Source: Acidobacteriota bacterium (lineage in GTDB: Bacteria; Acidobacteriota; Thermoanaerobaculia; UBA5066; Gp7-AA6). Taken from it: 64,000 nucleotides of DNA. Of this stretch, positions 61,411-64,000 are shown one piece after another. The translations under genes were made by a program, and so were the position numbers. Within the stretch, counting starts at the first letter, position 1. Each line of letters starts with the position of its first letter. The stretch covers positions 305-64,304 of the forward strand of contig JBDTOO010000018.1 of assembly GCA_039933215.1 (NCBI GenBank). The letters run 5' to 3'. The notes beneath the pieces were generated by a model. The model was not told where the DNA came from. It saw only the letters and a list, made by a program, of their open reading frames with translations, and made no database searches.

Positions 61411-63782
61411 CGCCGGCGCCCCCCGCCGCCGGGCGTGCGCCCGCGGCCTGGTGCGCCGCGGCGTTCGTCACCGGCATCTGGCTCGGCGCGGAATCCGGCC
61501 AGGGAGCCGCGCTCCCGCTCTCTCTCGCGGGCGCGTGCGGGCTTCTTCTCGCCGCCTGGGGCTGGCGGAGGCGGGCGGCGGACGGCCCGGCCCGCGTCGT
61601 GCTCGGTCTCCTCTTCGCGGCCGTCGGACTCGTCCAGGGGTCCCTCCGGATCGCCGCGCCGGCCGCGGAAGCGAGGCGGGCCTTCGAGGCGCTGCCCGCG
61701 TCCGCCGACCGGATGGATCGCGTCGAGGGCGTGCTCGAGGGTTTCTGGGCCGGGACGCCGCCGCGGGCCCACGGCCGCCTCAAGGCGGAGCGGCTCTTCG
61801 ATCCGGCGACGGGCTCCTGGAGGAGCTTTCCGGCCGACGTCTTCGTCTTCGTCTCCGGGCAGGAGCCGCTCGCGCGGCGCGCGGATCGCGGCGACCGCGT
61901 CGTGGCCGTCGGGAAGCTGCGGCCGGAAGGCCCGCCGGCTTCGGAACGCGACCTCGCGGTTCCCTGGCCGGAGTACCGGCTGTCGGTCAAGAGCGCCCTC
62001 CGCCTCGAGAACCCGCGGCCGACGCTGCTCTCGCGGCTCGCGGCGCCGAACCGATGGCTCGAGGAGCGGCTGCCACCGGCCGGCTCCCTCGGTCCCGGGT
62101 TCGAACGGAACGTGCGGGGACCACTCTCCGCGCTGCTTCTCGGACGCACTTCGGAGATCGACCGCGGCATGGTGGCGCGTTACCGTCGCGGCGGGATGTA
62201 TCACCTGCTCGTGATCGCGGGGCTGCACGTGGGGCTCGCCGCCGGGCTCGCTCTGCTCCTCCTGCGCGCCGCGGGAGTCCGCGGGCGCGCCCGCGACGCC
62301 TGGCTTCTCGCGGCGGTGGCGCTCTTCGTCACCGTCGGTGGCGGCAACTCGCCGGCTCTTCGCGCGGGGATCGTCTTCGGATTCTTCTTCGCGGCGAGAC
62401 TTCTCGAGCGGCCCGTCCCCACCGCGCAGGCGATCGGCCTCTCGGCGCTCCTGCTCTTCGCGGCGTGGCCGTCGGAGATCTACGGCGTCGGGACCGTGCT
62501 CACCTTCGCCGCCGTCGGCGGGATCGCCGCGTTCGCCTCTCCTTTGCGGCGTCTGCTGCCGCGCCGTCCGGACTTCGTGTTCTCGGGCTTCGCCGCCGCC
62601 ATCGCGGCCCAGATCGCCACCGCGCCGGTGCTCCTCTGGCGGTACAACGTCCTATCGGCGGGCGCCTGGCTGACGGCTCCGGCCGCGCTTCCCATCGCCG
62701 GCGCGCTGATCGGCGTCGGCGCCCTGCTCCTCGTCGTGTTCGCATTCGGAAGCACGGCCGCGCCGCTCGCCGCGGTCTTCGGCGGGGGTTCGCGGGTCCT
62801 CGAGACCATCGCCGACCGCGCTGCCGGAGTCGCCGTCCTTCGTCCCACTCCGCCGATCGGGCTCGTGGCGGGCGTCGCCGCACTCCTCGCCGTCGCCGCC
62901 CTCGCTCGGGGCCGCGTGCGCGTCGCCGCATGGACGGCAGCGGGAGGGTTGTTTCTCTTTCTCGCCGTCCGGCCGGGTCCCGCGGGTCCCTCGCGGGGGT
63001 TTACGCTCGAGGGGCTCGACGTCGGCCAGGGCGACGCGTTTCTCCTGAGGTGGGGGCGCCACGCGGTGCTGATCGACGGAGGGGGTCCGTTCGACCTCGA
63101 TGCGCGGGACTTCGGGCGGACCCGCCTGCTTCCGAAGCTCCTCGACCGCGGCGTCACGCGGCTCGACGCGGCGCTCCTCACGCACCCGCATCCCGATCAC
63201 GCCCTCGGCCTCTTCGCCATCCTCGAGGAGATCCCCGTCGGGGCGCTCTGGCGCTCCTCCGGGGACGACGAAGGAAGCCTCTATCGGGATCTCGAGTCCG
63301 TCGCCTCCGCACGGCGGGTCCCCGTGCGCGCGCTCGCCGCCGGCCAGTCGATCGCGTGGCGGGACGCCCGCCTTCGCGTGCTGCATTCCGGCGGCCGGCG
63401 TCCGAAGAAGGACGCCACGAACAACCAGTCCGTGGTGGCCGTCTTCGAGCGCGACGGGCGCCGTGCGCTCCTGACGGGCGACGCCGGGGCCTTCGCCGAG
63501 GCCGAGATCCTCCTCTCCGGCCGACCGGTCCAGGCCGACGTGATCAAGGTCGGTCACCACGGAAGCCGGGGCTCGACGACGCCGGCTTTTCTCCAGCGTG
63601 TCGCTCCGCGCGCCGCCCTTCTTTCCTGCGGCCGGGAGAATCGATTCGGCCATCCGGCGCCGGAAACGCTGGCCACTCTCGCCGCGGCGAACGTCCGGGT
63701 GTTTCGCACGGATCGCCTCTCGGACGTCGGCGTCGCGCTCTTTCCCGAGGGGACGCGTATCCTGCGCCGCGCACCCCAATGA
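61407..63782 (+). CDS. comEC: ComEC/Rec2 family DNA internalization protein with a C-terminal metallo-beta-lactamase domain
   Basis: GTG overlaps the preceding stop (GTGA). Many TM helices (..[12 protein letters not shown]..). C-terminal [11 protein letters not shown]...[10 protein letters not shown]...KVGHHGS. The N-terminal part of track ORF 60348..63782 is an alternate-frame artefact over the methyltransferase gene. Confidence 0.85.
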   Translation: MTPAPPAAGRAPAAWCAAAFVTGIWLGAESGQGAALPLSLAGACGLLLAAWGWRRRAADGPARVVLGLLFAAVGLVQGSLRIAAPAAEARRAFEALPASADRMDRVEGVLEGFWAGTPPRAHGRLKAERLFDPATGSWRSFPADVFVFVSGQEPLARRADRGDRVVAVGKLRPEGPPASERDLAVPWPEYRLSVKSALRLENPRPTLLSRLAAPNRWLEERLPPAGSLGPGFERNVRGPLSALLLGRTSEIDRGMVARYRRGGMYHLLVIAGLHVGLAAGLALLLLRAAGVRGRARDAWLLAAVALFVTVGGGNSPALRAGIVFGFFFAARLLERPVPTAQAIGLSALLLFAAWPSEIYGVGTVLTFAAVGGIAAFASPLRRLLPRRPDFVFSGFAAAIAAQIATAPVLLWRYNVLSAGAWLTAPAALPIAGALIGVGALLLVVFAFGSTAAPLAAVFGGGSRVLETIADRAAGVAVLRPTPPIGLVAGVAALLAVAALARGRVRVAAWTAAGGLFLFLAVRPGPAGPSRGFTLEGLDVGQGDAFLLRWGRHAVLIDGGGPFDLDARDFGRTRLLPKLLDRGVTRLDAALLTHPHPDHALGLFAILEEIPVGALWRSSGDDEGSLYRDLESVASARRVPVRALAAGQSIAWRDARLRVLHSGGRRPKKDATNNQSVVAVFERDGRRALLTGDAGAFAEAEILLSGRPVQADVIKVGHHGSRGSTTPAFLQRVAPRAALLSCGRENRFGHPAPETLATLAAANVRVFRTDRLSDVGVALFPEGTRILRRAPQ

Positions 63783-64000
63783 AGATCACGTCCCCGCCGG
63801 TACTCCTCGTGGTCGTCGGGCCGACGGCTTCCGGAAAGACCGATCTGGCTCACGAGGTCGCCCTGCGGCGGGGTGGCGAGATCGTGTCAGCGGACGCCTT
63901 CGCCGTCTACCGCGGTCTCGACGTCGGGACCGCCAAACCGTCCCCGGAACGCCGGCGCGAAGTCCCCTACCATCTGCTGGACGTCGCGGACGCGAGGGAG
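63779..64000 (+). CDS. miaA: tRNA dimethylallyltransferase, 3' end cut by the window edge
   Basis: ATG overlaps the comEC stop (ATGA). [55 protein letters not shown]..., with the P-loop and the typical MiaA N-terminus. Confidence 0.85.
   Translation, partial: MKITSPPVLLVVVGPTASGKTDLAHEVALRRGGEIVSADAFAVYRGLDVGTAKPSPERRREVPYHLLDVADARE

Overview
This is a 64-kb window of a very GC-rich bacterial chromosome. The taxon cannot be fixed from the sequence; gene content (sigma-54, Ser/Thr kinase, PD40/TolB-like and TPR-redoxin proteins) suggests a soil Acidobacteriota- or Myxococcota-like organism. I can support about 60 protein-coding genes. I saw no rRNA, tRNA, CRISPR array, transposase or integrase.

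Most of the window is ordinary core metabolism and housekeeping: serA-ddl, a NarL-type two-component pair, purB, rmuC, an arginine deiminase operon (arcA, arcC, ornithine carbamoyltransferase), a leucine-catabolism cluster (methylcrotonyl-CoA carboxylase beta and alpha, enoyl-CoA hydratase, HMG-CoA lyase), and a valS-birA-coaX-RNA methyltransferase-comEC-miaA string with 4-nt overlaps. Many long ORFs in the supplied track are GC-driven antisense or alternate-frame artefacts and are not annotated.

The outstanding region is about 10.38-20.46 kb. Seven very small genes lie there, four of them below the ORF-track size cutoff. Each encodes a Lys/Arg-rich N-terminus followed by a conserved double-glycine leader (consensus L-S-A-K-Q-A-R-x-V-K-G-G). 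They flank an operon for a parvulin-like protein, a peptidase-C39 ABC exporter with two N-terminal cyclic-nucleotide-binding domains, a HlyD adaptor and a sensor-less sigma-54 enhancer-binding protein. Near-consensus sigma-54 -24/-12 promoters sit directly upstream of three peptide genes, with a weaker candidate upstream of a fourth.

The predicted mature cores (20-29 aa) line up, in order and with overlaps, with successive segments of the type VI secretion tube protein Hcp. One core starts exactly at Hcp residue 2. I am not aware of a described system of GG-leader peptides made of Hcp segments, so this is my top candidate for a novel system. The Hcp comparison rests on a sequence recalled from memory and needs an HMM check.

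Secondary observations:
- Arrays of tandem 7- and 8-nt repeats confined to promoter-containing intergenic regions.
- Three well-supported genes whose homology or signal peptide points to a CTG or ATT start.
- A methylcrotonyl-CoA carboxylase alpha subunit split at a TTGA overlap.
- A start-less SnoaL-like gene remnant.
- A terminator-like hairpin inside a divergent intergenic region.
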